The position numbers were made by a program, and so were the translations under genes. The notes under the pieces were generated by a model that searched no databases, had not been told where the DNA came from, and worked only from the letters and a program-made list of their open reading frames with translations. From the NCBI GenBank assembly GCA_041651015.1, contig JBAZKA010000005.1, forward strand, positions 1,326-65,325: DNA of 64,000 bases, written 5' to 3'. Below are positions 1-8,589 of the stretch, one piece after another; position 1 is the stretch's first letter; each line of letters starts with the position of its first letter. The DNA comes from Patescibacteria group bacterium (GTDB taxonomy: Bacteria; Patescibacteriota; Patescibacteriia; Magasanikbacterales; GWA2-37-8).

Positions 1-96
1 TAAACCGCTCGCAACTACCTGTTGGCAAAATACCTGGTGGCGTCGAACAAGTTTTGTGAGTTTTAACCCCTCCCGGCATCTGCCGCGTGAGGGGTT

Positions 97-1278
97 TTAT
101 TTTAAGATATTTAGCCACTCCCTCCCCGCTTTGTCCCAAGAATATTTTTTCACTTGTTCCAATCCTTTTTGGATATGCCAGTCGCGCAAATTTTTATTAT
201 TCAAAAGTTCATTCATGGCCAAGGCGAGTTGTTCGGGCCGAGTCGGGTCAATCAGATACGCGGCCGAGCCCGTGACCTCGGGTAAAGATGAACGATTGGA
301 AGTAATGACGGGCGTGCCTAGGGACATGGCCTCCAACACCGGAAAACCAAAACCTTCATACAAACTCGGATAGACAAATAAATCCGCAGAGGCGTAAAGC
401 GCGTCTTTGTCTTCGGGCGCGACAAAATTTATAAAATGAATTTTGTCGGCCAAATTGGAATTTTTCGCGCGTGCGTAAATTTCTTCATTTTTCCAACCCG
501 GCGCGCCGGCGATAACCAAGTGTTCAACTGATTGATTTTTCGCGCGGTATGTTTCAAAGGCTTCAATCAAGCCGATGATGTTTTTGCGTGGTTCAATCGT
601 GCCAAGGAATAAAATAAATTTTTCCGGAAGATTGTATTTTTGTTTGATGTCTGTGTTGCGTTTTGGCGTGTCATTCCCGACCTGATCGGGAATCCAGTCG
701 CACCGTCCTGGATCCCCGCCTTCGCGGGGATGACAAATACCAACCCCCGGATAAATCACTTTAATTTTTTCCGGACTGATTTTGTAATAATTCACAATAT
801 CGCGCTTGGTGTTTTCCGATGGGGTGATAATCACATTGGCGCGTTCACATTGATTTTTCGGACGAATGGCTTTGTGCCAAAAAAATTGTTTGCGTGTGGA
901 AAATTTCGGAAACAAGTCAAAAGAAATATCATGAATGGTCAAAATGTATTTTATTTCCCGCGACAGGGCGGTAAAGTTCAGGTTGGGGGAGAACCATAAA
1001 TCAATTTTTTCGGGGAAAACCTTATCCAATTTAGGATATTTGAAAACACCGAGGCCAAAGTTAAAAAATTTATTCGGGATATGCGAGTCAATAATTTTCA
1101 CGTTGGGAAAATCCCATTTTGGAATGTTGGCGGACACATCTCGGCTGGAATTGTAAAACAAAAAATATTGATTGTTTTTATCAAGATTAAAAATCGCATT
1201 CAGAAGTTCATAAGTGTATTCGCCGACTCCCGTGCGCGGGGCGGTCATGAGCGGGCGGATATCAATGCCGATGTTCAT
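97..1278 (-). CDS. Glycosyltransferase family 1 (GT4-type) with an in-frame GC-rich insertion
   Basis: C-terminal GT1/GT4 motif EGFGFPVLEAMSLGTPVITSNRSSLPEV and Rossmann-like layout. The conserved ...IKVIYPGV-//-KYNLPEKFILFLG segment is interrupted by about 27 aa (ICHPREGGDPGRCDWIPDQVGNDTPKR) encoded by a GC-rich palindromic element. Confidence 0.8.
   Translation of the reverse strand: MNIGIDIRPLMTAPRTGVGEYTYELLNAIFNLDKNNQYFLFYNSSRDVSANIPKWDFPNVKIIDSHIPNKFFNFGLGVFKYPKLDKVFPEKIDLWFSPNLNFTALSREIKYILTIHDISFDLFPKFSTRKQFFWHKAIRPKNQCERANVIITPSENTKRDIVNYYKISPEKIKVIYPGVGICHPREGGDPGRCDWIPDQVGNDTPKRNTDIKQKYNLPEKFILFLGTIEPRKNIIGLIEAFETYRAKNQSVEHLVIAGAPGWKNEEIYARAKNSNLADKIHFINFVAPEDKDALYASADLFVYPSLYEGFGFPVLEAMSLGTPVITSNRSSLPEVTGSAAYLIDPTRPEQLALAMNELLNNKNLRDWHIQKGLEQVKKYSWDKAGREWLNILK
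688..770. repeat. GC-rich palindromic element copy A, in-frame inside the GT4 gene
   Basis: Hairpins attcccga-cctga-tcgggaat and tccccgc-cttc-gcgggga. GC composition contrasts with the AT-rich host gene. Related to copies at 8494, 20193 and 24008. Confidence 0.5.
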
Positions 1279-1304
1279 ACCCCGTAGAAGAATTTTGAAT
1301 AAAT

Positions 1305-2426
1305 TTATCCTATCAAACTCGTTTGGTTCATTTTATTTTGGAAATCATCCCAATAATCATTGACCGCGCGCGTCATTTTTTCCTGGAACACGGCCGTGTC
1401 AAATTTTTTCGCGTGTTCGCGGATGGCCGCTGCGTCCCAATTGGCATGATTGAATTTCAATATCGTATCCAAAAGCGATTCCCAATTTTGTTTTTTAAAA
1501 AACACTCCGGTCTGGTTTTCCAAAATCGTTTCGGTCGCGCCACCGCTCTCGTAAGCGATGACCGGCCGGCCCGAAGCCATGGCCTCCACCGCGGTAATGC
1601 CAAAGTCCTCAATCTGCGGATTGATAAAAGCGCGGGCGCGGGACAGTAATTTTATTTTTTCTTCTTCGGAGATAACGCCGAGAAATTCAATATTCGGCCG
1701 GGCAATGTTTTTTAATTTTGTCAGCTCCGGTCCGTCGCCGAAAATTTTAAGCGGTTCTCGTAAACGGTTAAAAGCGGCGATTAGCAAATCAAATTTTTTG
1801 TAAGGCACCATGCGTCCACCCGAGACAAAATAATCCTCGATGTTGCTTGAAGTCATGAATTTATTAATTTCAATCGGCGGATGTATGATTGTGGACTCAC
1901 GGCGATAATATTTGCGGATTCTTTGTTCCACAGTTTTGGAATTGGCGATAAAATGGTCCACGCGGTCCGCGCTCATTTTGTCCCACAGGCGCAACCTGTG
2001 TAATATATTTGGTAAAAATGCCTTTACCGCCGGCGACTGATTTAGCTCGGTGATATATTCATTGGAATCAGCCCAGAGATAGCGGGGCGGGGTGTGGCAA
2101 TAAGAAATGTGCAAGGTGCCGGGCGGGGTAATGACGCCTTTGGCAAACGCGCTGGTGGAGGATAAGACCACGTCAAAATCGCGCAGGTCATGATGCTCGG
2201 TCGCGGATGGCATCCAGGGCAAATACCATTGAAAAGCCGAGCGGACAAATGGCATCTTGGCCAAAAACGATTCTTTGATTTTTTCTTGGTCAAAATAATT
2301 TATTTTTTTCTTATCATGAAACAAAACAAAAATTGGCGCCTCGGGCCAAGTTTCGTGGAGGGCTTTGAGTACTCGTTCGGCCCCTCCGTCTTGTGATAAA
2401 TAATCGTGGACTAATGCTAAACGCAT
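1305..2426 (-). CDS. Glycosyltransferase family 1 (GT4-type)
   Basis: Start chosen at internal MRLALVHDY (ATG at 2426). Shows the N-terminal GT4 substrate-domain pattern and C-terminal GRPVIAYESGGATETI motif. The longer ORF to 2507 would run into a repeat. Confidence 0.8.
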   Translation of the reverse strand: MRLALVHDYLSQDGGAERVLKALHETWPEAPIFVLFHDKKKINYFDQEKIKESFLAKMPFVRSAFQWYLPWMPSATEHHDLRDFDVVLSSTSAFAKGVITPPGTLHISYCHTPPRYLWADSNEYITELNQSPAVKAFLPNILHRLRLWDKMSADRVDHFIANSKTVEQRIRKYYRRESTIIHPPIEINKFMTSSNIEDYFVSGGRMVPYKKFDLLIAAFNRLREPLKIFGDGPELTKLKNIARPNIEFLGVISEEEKIKLLSRARAFINPQIEDFGITAVEAMASGRPVIAYESGGATETILENQTGVFFKKQNWESLLDTILKFNHANWDAAAIREHAKKFDTAVFQEKMTRAVNDYWDDFQNKMNQTSLIG

Positions 2427-2475
2427 ATAATCGATGCAAATATACGAATTTATTCGAATAATACGAATGTGCGAA
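2411..2475. repeat. Distal half of the 85-bp AT-rich promoter-region repeat
   Basis: rc(2411-2475) contains gtattattcgaataaattcgtatatttgcatcgattat, identical to 6461-6500. It abuts the GT4 start codon. Confidence 0.7.
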
Positions 2476-2859
2476 TCATTCAAAATTAGTTTTGTTTTTT
2501 GTTTCAATTTTTATTATTCTCATGGGTTTGAGAAAACGGCTCCTAAAATTTATCAGCATTCCAAGTTTGTAATTATTTAGTTGTAAATATTTTTGTAGCT
2601 GGTAGTAATCATTTTTGATAATGAATGGTTTTGCTTTTAATTCCAGAACAATTTTTTCATCGACCACGAAATCCATAATATTACCGTATTCTGTTTGTCT
2701 CGCTTCTCTTTTGAAAGCAATATTATTTTCTTTAAATTTCATTTCAAGTAGATCCCCGTATTGTTTTTCTCTACAGAAACGGCCGAGTTCGTTATGAACG
2801 GCATAACAAATTCCGTTTATTTTGTATGACAACTCCGGATAAATAATTTTCCCCTCCAT
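2476..2859 (-). CDS. GxxExxY-family protein (PD-(D/E)XK-like small protein often found in IVS or mobile insertions)
   Basis: ELSYKINGICYAVHNELGRFCREKQYGDLLEMKFKE matches the GxxExxY signature. The 127-aa ORF sits exactly inside an interrupted copy of an 85-bp repeat. Confidence 0.75.
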   Translation of the reverse strand: MEGKIIYPELSYKINGICYAVHNELGRFCREKQYGDLLEMKFKENNIAFKREARQTEYGNIMDFVVDEKIVLELKAKPFIIKNDYYQLQKYLQLNNYKLGMLINFRSRFLKPMRIIKIETKNKTNFE

Positions 2860-2860
2860 A

Positions 2861-2912
2861 GAATATTATTCGTATAATTCGCATGCATTCGTATATTAGT
2901 ATCGCGTTTCTA
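2861..2912. repeat. Proximal half of the 85-bp repeat
   Basis: rc(2861-2912) = aacgcgatactaatatacgaatgcatgcgaattatacgaataatattc, versus 6423-6460 gacgcgatgctaatatacgaacgcatgcgaattatac (2 mismatches). Confidence 0.7.
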
Positions 2913-4328
2913 CCAGGCTCCTTTTCTTCGGATTACCACAAACGGCGTCTTTATTAAAATAATCAAATCAATCAGTAGGCTCCAATTTTCAATATAAAAA
3001 GCGTCCAATTTTACTTCGTCTTCAAAACTCAAATCACTGCGCCCGGAAATTTGCGCCATGCCGGTGACGCCCGGCTTAATCGCCAAAACGATTTTGTGGT
3101 GTTTGGCGTATTGGGCCACCTCGCGCGGTTGATGCGGGCGCGGGCCGACCAAACTCATTTGCCCGATGAACACATTCCAAAATTGCGGGATTTCATCAAG
3201 GCTCCACTGGCGGATAAACCGTCCGAATTTCGTCACCCGCGGGTCGCCTGCGATTTTGTAAACCGGCCCCTCTTTAATGTTTTTCTTGGCAATCAATTCA
3301 GCTTCTTTTTTCAAGGCTTCGTCGCCGGACGCGCCAAATTGCAGGCCGGTGCAATCCTTTTGAAACATGGAACGGAATTTGTAAGTAAAGAATTTTTTGC
3401 CATAAGCGCCGACCCGTTCGTTTTTGTAAAACACCGGCCGTCCGGTTTCGCATAAAATAATAATGGAAACCACTAGATACACGGGCGATAAAATTATCAG
3501 CAAAATTAAACTGCCAATAATGTCAGATGCGCGTTTAAAAATCCTACCCCAGCCGGTCAAGCGCGTCCGGCGTAATTCAATAATCGGCACACCGGCGATG
3601 GTGGTGACAGTCATGTTGGTGGAGATTGAAGCAAACAAGTCGGCTGAATATTTGAAAGAAATGTTTTGGTCATTGGCAAAATCCACTGCTTGCAAGGCCC
3701 CGTCCTCATTGGCTTTTGGGTCGGTAAAAATAATTTCGTCCGGCTTGAGCGCGAGGATTTGTGTTTGGGTATTGGCGTCAAAACGGGAAAATGTGCCCAC
3801 TAATTTAAAACCGGAATTGGCGTGGCGTTTCAAGGAATTGGCAATCACTTCGGCCACGGCTTGCGAGCCGACCACAACGGTCCGGCGCAGTCCCACGCCA
3901 AATTTATAAAATAATTTTTTTAGCCCGAGCACGAGCATCCGGCCGATGAAAACATAAAGGATGGATAATAACCAGCCGGCGAGTACGAGGAATCGGGAAT
4001 CAAATTTTTGCAAAGTAAAAAATACGTAAATGGTGATGCCGGCAAATCCCGTGGAGCAGGCGAAAATTATTTTCGGCAAATCGCGCGCCATTTTTCTTTG
4101 TCCCGAGGTATTGTAGAGTCCGGCTAAAGCAAAAATTAAAACCCAAACTCCGGCCACGAACATTACAATCGGCCAGAATTTGTCCCAAGAAATATTAAAA
4201 AGCACGGGCCTGATGGCGCGCATGGATTCGGTGAAGCGGAGCGCGTAGGCGGTAAATCCGGCCAGCATTACGGCCGTGAAATCAATCGGTACTTGCGCCA
4301 CGGCAAAAGTTAGTTCAAATTTTTTCAT
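2910..4328 (-). CDS. Polyprenyl-phosphate sugar phosphotransferase (bacterial sugar transferase, WbaP/CpsE-like)
   Basis: Multiple N-terminal TM helices. C-terminal bacterial sugar transferase domain [44 protein letters not shown]. Confidence 0.85.
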   Translation of the reverse strand: MKKFELTFAVAQVPIDFTAVMLAGFTAYALRFTESMRAIRPVLFNISWDKFWPIVMFVAGVWVLIFALAGLYNTSGQRKMARDLPKIIFACSTGFAGITIYVFFTLQKFDSRFLVLAGWLLSILYVFIGRMLVLGLKKLFYKFGVGLRRTVVVGSQAVAEVIANSLKRHANSGFKLVGTFSRFDANTQTQILALKPDEIIFTDPKANEDGALQAVDFANDQNISFKYSADLFASISTNMTVTTIAGVPIIELRRTRLTGWGRIFKRASDIIGSLILLIILSPVYLVVSIIILCETGRPVFYKNERVGAYGKKFFTYKFRSMFQKDCTGLQFGASGDEALKKEAELIAKKNIKEGPVYKIAGDPRVTKFGRFIRQWSLDEIPQFWNVFIGQMSLVGPRPHQPREVAQYAKHHKIVLAIKPGVTGMAQISGRSDLSFEDEVKLDAFYIENWSLLIDLIILIKTPFVVIRRKGAW

Positions 4329-4336
4329 ATTGAAAA

Positions 4337-5125
4337 TTATTTCCGGTTTTCGTTTAATGCTTGAACGAGCTTTTCGCGAAGAAAATTTATTTTTTCCTTG
4401 TTGATGACGCTGTGTTTCTCTGTACGTTCGGTGTGATTGTCTAATTGAGATAAAATTTCTTCAATGATTTTATTTCTGAGTGGATGGCTATCTATATCTC
4501 CCTCCATTTGTTTTATGTTGGATTCGTCAGTTTCTTTTGAGAATCCTTTATTTTTGAAAGTTATCAGATCGTTAACCATAACGATAAGTTCGTTTGCGTC
4601 TTCTTTGGAAAAATTCACAGTAGCGAGCGCGGTATCAATAGCACAATGTTTTTCCGGATCAATCGGCGATTGATAATATTTAATACTCAGCGGTTCGTTC
4701 GCTCGCGTCAACGGCTTGTCGTTCGCTGAATCCACAATTAAATTTAATGCGAGTGGTATCTCCTCGCCATCGTCATAGACGATAACCAAATCCACTCCGT
4801 TTAATTTCTGGTCGTACTTGCTTGTTTGTCCGGTGTTGGCATCTTTGCCAAACCAATTAAATTTTTGGCCAAGCAAAAATACCGTTTCTCTCAATGTATC
4901 TTTCAAGATGTCATTGTATTTTTTTGCCTCGGCTTCCGATCTCTCCATATCAGTGACGACTTCACCTTTGTCATAATATGCGCCGATAAATTTACGCATA
5001 TTGACTTGTTCGGCTTCGTTTTCGGAGGTGAGATTATCAAAAATATGACGCAAAGTGGCAGCATTGCGTACCTCGTTCTTAATTGATCCATTTTCGTCCG
5101 ATGTTTGGAAACGACTCTCGTTCAT
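4337..5125 (-). CDS. Hypothetical acidic protein
   Basis: 262-aa ORF in line with flanking genes. No motif recognised. Confidence 0.5.
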   Translation of the reverse strand: MNESRFQTSDENGSIKNEVRNAATLRHIFDNLTSENEAEQVNMRKFIGAYYDKGEVVTDMERSEAEAKKYNDILKDTLRETVFLLGQKFNWFGKDANTGQTSKYDQKLNGVDLVIVYDDGEEIPLALNLIVDSANDKPLTRANEPLSIKYYQSPIDPEKHCAIDTALATVNFSKEDANELIVMVNDLITFKNKGFSKETDESNIKQMEGDIDSHPLRNKIIEEILSQLDNHTERTEKHSVINKEKINFLREKLVQALNENRK

Positions 5126-5206
5126 ATTTTTATGATAATTTAGCGTGATTTGCGCGTAAGATAATTTTAGGTTATTTTTGAGGCAAAGTCAATATAAAAT
5201 AAAAAG

Positions 5207-5248
5207 CCCCCCACCACTTTTTCCACGAGGCAAAAGTGGTGGGGGACG
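5207..5248. terminator. Rho-independent terminator hairpin (bidirectional)
   Basis: aaagccccccaccacttttccacgaggcaaaagtggtggggga with flanking A/T tracts, just after the 3' end of the minus-strand HD gene. Confidence 0.6.
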
Positions 5249-5252
5249 GGGG

Positions 5253-6341
5253 TTACCAATTTAGACCGGGGTCGGTCATGTCAATCGGGGTGTTTTTTAA
5301 GAACTCAATCAGCTTGGGGTCAAAAGATCCTCTGGCGATCGGTATCCACTGCTGTTTGTATCTCGGGGCGAGAATTCTTTCCAAGTCGCGTTCAGTGGAA
5401 AGAGCGATGAGCATGGACGGATCAACCTCGGGAATAGCGTCTTGCAAACGCGCGTAGATCTTTTCTATTATCTTCCAAAGCTCGTCTTCGCGATTGATGA
5501 CGTGGTAAATGTCGTCGTACATGATTTTGTACATCGCGAGGAAATTTTTTGCCGCTTCGGAACACTCAAAACTGGCGTAACCTTTTTTCGCCGATTCCAA
5601 GACAAGCGCGTTGATGCAGTTTTCTATCATGGCCTCGGCTGAACCACCAAACCAGCGGTAAAGACGAAAAAGATTTTTGTTTTTCGTTGGCAGGCTAATT
5701 CCTTTGGCCAAGAAGTAAGCAATGTCTTTGGCCACAAATTCTATTTTGTCGGCGAACATCACGATTGTCCACTCGGGCGGGCCGGTCCTTGCGACGAGCG
5801 GACCGCCGTTGCTGGTGTGGGCCAAGATGCCGCCAAAAGTCAGGTTGGTGAGCGGGATGCCGCGCCCATTGTTGTCTATCTTTTGCAGGACAATTGGGCC
5901 GTTAGTACTATGATGAAATTTGCGTCCGAATTTTTCCGAGAATGTCTTTTCGGTGCTGTGTGCGTATGGAACATGGCCGGAATCGTGGCAGATGGCGACT
6001 ACTTCGGCGAGCATCTCGTTCAAGCCGAGCAACTGAGCGATCCTTTTGGCGATGTAAGCGACTCCGATGGTGTGGTCGGCGCGAGTGCGGACGTCTCCCG
6101 TAAGAAAATATGCCGGTATCACTTGCGTTTTATCCACGAGACGCCGGAAGGCCGCGCTCAAGGTGATAATCAGCAAGTAGTCAAGCGCGAACGGCGAGAT
6201 GTTGCGCGGAAAGTTTGTGAGCGTCGCGTCGGCATTGGGATGACGACGAGCTTTGCTTTCATCGGTGCGTAAACTTTTTAAACACCCGATAACATTATCA
6301 AGTGGTTGTGGGTTGTAACGAGCGGCTGTTTGCTTTCCCAT
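5253..6341 (-). CDS. dGTP triphosphohydrolase-like HD-domain phosphohydrolase
   Basis: SAAFRRLVDKTQV ... RTRADHTIGVAYIAKRIAQLLG ... AICHDSGHVPYAHSTE matches the dGTPase family (H...HD, HDxGHxPFxH). Confidence 0.75.
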   Translation of the reverse strand: MGKQTAARYNPQPLDNVIGCLKSLRTDESKARRHPNADATLTNFPRNISPFALDYLLIITLSAAFRRLVDKTQVIPAYFLTGDVRTRADHTIGVAYIAKRIAQLLGLNEMLAEVVAICHDSGHVPYAHSTEKTFSEKFGRKFHHSTNGPIVLQKIDNNGRGIPLTNLTFGGILAHTSNGGPLVARTGPPEWTIVMFADKIEFVAKDIAYFLAKGISLPTKNKNLFRLYRWFGGSAEAMIENCINALVLESAKKGYASFECSEAAKNFLAMYKIMYDDIYHVINREDELWKIIEKIYARLQDAIPEVDPSMLIALSTERDLERILAPRYKQQWIPIARGSFDPKLIEFLKNTPIDMTDPGLNW

Positions 6342-6422
6342 TGTATCTTCCTCCTTTTGAGGTGAATGAACGTTTTGTTTGCTTAAACCCTATCAAAAAT
6401 ACAGTAAATGTCAAGTGTTTGA

Positions 6423-6503
6423 CGCGATGCTAATATACGAACGCATGCGAATTATACAAATATTTGTATTATTCGAATAAATTCGTATATTTGCATCGAT
6501 TAT
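6423..6503. repeat. Intact copy of the 85-bp AT-rich repeat
   Basis: gacgcgatgctaatatacgaacgcatgcgaattatacaaatatttgtattattcgaataaattcgtatatttgcatcgattat. Both halves match the split copy at 2411-2912 in inverted orientation. Confidence 0.7.
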
Positions 6504-6505
6504 GA

Positions 6506-6534
6506 TTGACAAAAACCCCAAAATGTGCTATAGT
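6506..6534 (+). promoter_or_regulatory. Sigma70-like promoter for rnpB
   Basis: TTGACA (6506-6511), 17-nt spacer, TATAGT (6529-6534), immediately upstream of the RNase P RNA. Confidence 0.6.
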
Positions 6535-6540
6535 AGTATG

Positions 6541-7048
6541 GTTCATTAAAAAGCAATCGCTCGTCTTCGTCCTACGGACTACGCCGAGCAAGCCTTCTTT
6601 TCTAAGTGGGGCTTGCCCGCCGAAGCCCGAAGGGCGAAGGCGGGAGGAAAGTCCGAACACGCGACGTTAAATCGTAAAGGTAGCGGGTAACGCCCGTCCG
6701 TCCGCCCTAGGCGGACGAGAGGTGCGAGCAGAGACGTCTTTGGTTGAAAAGCCAAAGAGAGCAAACCCCAAGTTTGTGTTAATCATAAATGAGCTTAGCT
6801 TCAATCAAGGGGATAAAAGATTGAAGGTGAAACGGCAAAATCCTTACCTGCGTGCAAGAGCAGAGTTCCGTCCGCCTAGGCGGACTGGATAAAAAGTTCG
6901 CTCGCTTGATCGTGTAGAGCAATTTATGCGACAGAGAAATGATTGCCCCGGCTTCGTCCTGCGGACTACGCACGGGCAAGTGTCTTGAAAAAGATGAACT
7001 TGTCCGGCGAAGCGCAGCGGAGTCGGACAAAATTCGGCTTATTATAAT
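6541..7048 (+). ncRNA. rnpB: RNase P RNA (bacterial type A), unusually long (about 500 nt)
   Basis: Universal motifs GGAGGAAAGTCCGAACAC (P4 5' strand), GGGTAACGCCCG, AGAGAGCAAACCCC, AAGGTGAAACGG, and 3' GACAAAATTCGGCTTAT (compare ACAGAACCCGGCTTATCG). Ends before the 7057 terminator. Confidence 0.8.
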
Positions 7049-7056
7049 GAACAAAA

Positions 7057-7084
7057 AACAACTCCCGCAAGGGAGTTGTTTTGA
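7057..7084 (+). terminator. Rho-independent terminator of rnpB
   Basis: aacaactcccgcaagggagttgtt followed by ttgatttg. Confidence 0.7.
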
Positions 7085-7140
7085 TTTGATAAAAATTCGG
7101 CGTATCGTCTCAAAGTGAGACGATAATTTTTTGCCAAAGT

Positions 7141-7959
7141 TTATCGCATTTGTTTTCGCCGTGTAAGCGATAAATAATTATTTTTACTGACAATTTTTTT
7201 TCCTGTTTCTTGTTCCATTTTTCGTCTGGCCAATCCTGACACACCGCCGCCACGCTTCGCGGTTTTTTTGTTTTCCGTAAGCCCAATGGGATTTTCCACT
7301 TTTGTAATTTCTGTTGTCGCCGCTTCACCGAGCATGGAAAATATCAATTCCAAATCATTCATGTGATCGCGTAAATTTTCTCGTTTCAATCCTTTGAGTT
7401 TTTTATGCTGGCTTGGAGTCAAACCAAACGCGGCTTTGGCGATTTCCGCGGTTAAAATCTCATATTCTTTTTTTTCTTTGACGCCGTGTTTGTTCCACTC
7501 GTCGGTTAAAGTTTCGCGAATTTCAATTCCGCGCATTCGTTTTTCAATCCAGCTATCGGGGTAGCCCTTTAATTTGTAAAGCATACGAGTGCGTTTGGCG
7601 CCGAGCTCGGGATTTTCAATTTCTTGAACGCGTTCATAACCGACTTTGGCCAGCCAGCGTTTGAACGGCTCGGCTTTGGGCGAGGGGATTGATTGGATGA
7701 TACGAAAAATACCTTCGGTGTTGGCACAGTTCATTTGTTGCCGTCCGCCGGCTGTGGCCACCCCAAGGGTATGGACAAATTGTCCATACCCTTTGGACAG
7801 TTCTTCGTCTCTGAGTCGTAGTTTGTTAATATAATCCTTTGGGTTTGGCGTGTCTGTTAACGCCGAGATAATATCTTCCACAACAAACCACCATTCCTTT
7901 TCAAATAACGTTTTGCGAATTTCCTTTTTTTGGAAAAGCGCGATTTTTGTGTCCTCCAT
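7141..7959 (-). CDS. DinD-like DNA-damage-inducible protein (Bro-N/KilA-N-type N-terminal domain)
   Basis: C-terminal KKLKGLKRENLRDHMNDLELIFSMLGEAATTEI...GGGVSGLARRKMEQETGKKIVSKNNYL parallels E. coli DinD (RKGLKKNQKILDHMGSTELAANLF...GRKVRQTIQELGGTMPEEL). Confidence 0.6.
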   Translation of the reverse strand: MEDTKIALFQKKEIRKTLFEKEWWFVVEDIISALTDTPNPKDYINKLRLRDEELSKGYGQFVHTLGVATAGGRQQMNCANTEGIFRIIQSIPSPKAEPFKRWLAKVGYERVQEIENPELGAKRTRMLYKLKGYPDSWIEKRMRGIEIRETLTDEWNKHGVKEKKEYEILTAEIAKAAFGLTPSQHKKLKGLKRENLRDHMNDLELIFSMLGEAATTEITKVENPIGLTENKKTAKRGGGVSGLARRKMEQETGKKIVSKNNYLSLTRRKQMR

Positions 7960-8118
7960 AGCTATGTTAGTTATTGTTAAATAAATACGATGAACGTTTG
8001 TTCACCTAAACATTATACGCCAAAAAATGGAGATGGTAAATTGTGGAGTGTGGACAATAATTTGACGAAAAGTTAATGGGGGGGGGTAGAATATAGGGGT
8101 TATAATATATACATTAAC

Positions 8119-8415
8119 ATGAAAAAAATTATTGCAGGCATCGTCGTATTATTTGTTGTAGTATATTTTTGGCAATATTATATTCCATATTCTATTCCGC
8201 GAGTTGACGAGAGGGATTTTCCAACGGGTTCTTCTACTATGGTATGCAAATCAATATATTCCGGACGATTAATTTATTCGAATAATCCTATTAATCCGAC
8301 GGTTGATCAGAAATTTTACGATAGTCGTGGAAATTTATTAACTTCAGAACCGAAGTTTATCAGGTGTATTTTTACTACAGTGGAGCATTATAACTCGATT
8401 GTAACGTCAAGATAA
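8119..8415 (+). CDS. Hypothetical small membrane-anchored protein
   Basis: N-terminal TM helix. Preceded by TTGACG...TAGAAT. No homology recognised. Confidence 0.3.
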   Translation: MKKIIAGIVVLFVVVYFWQYYIPYSIPRVDERDFPTGSSTMVCKSIYSGRLIYSNNPINPTVDQKFYDSRGNLLTSEPKFIRCIFTTVEHYNSIVTSR

Positions 8416-8440
8416 GATTGTTGGGTAGTATAATAATTCC

Positions 8441-8472
8441 AAAATCCCCACCGCGCGCGCGGTGGGGATTTT
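8441..8472. terminator. GC hairpin terminator
   Basis: aaaatccccaccgcgcgcgcggtggggatttt. Confidence 0.6.
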
Positions 8473-8493
8473 GTATCTAATTTTTTTTTGCGA

Positions 8494-8534
8494 CAAGGGA
8501 TTCCTCCCCGCCCAAGGCGGGTCGGAATGACAAG
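8494..8534. repeat. GC-rich palindromic element copy B (intergenic)
   Basis: caagggattcctccccgcccaaggcgggtcggaatgacaag. This is the reverse-orientation homologue of 20193-20247 and shares the CCGCCCAAGGCGG core. Confidence 0.65.
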
Positions 8535-8589
8535 TTGACATATCGTGTCATCATTTTCATCAAGCAACGCGATTCATCAATTTCATCAT

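Noticed and set aside
1323-2396. Plus-strand ORFs antisense to the GT4 genes (1323-1649, 1558-1803, 2190-2396 and similar)
   Set aside because: They are shadow ORFs of well-supported minus-strand genes.
6469-7054. Three minus-strand ORFs (6469-6660, 6579-6764, 6779-7054)
   Set aside because: They lie inside the RNase P RNA gene and its promoter/repeat region. There are no SD sequences and the composition is RNA-like.
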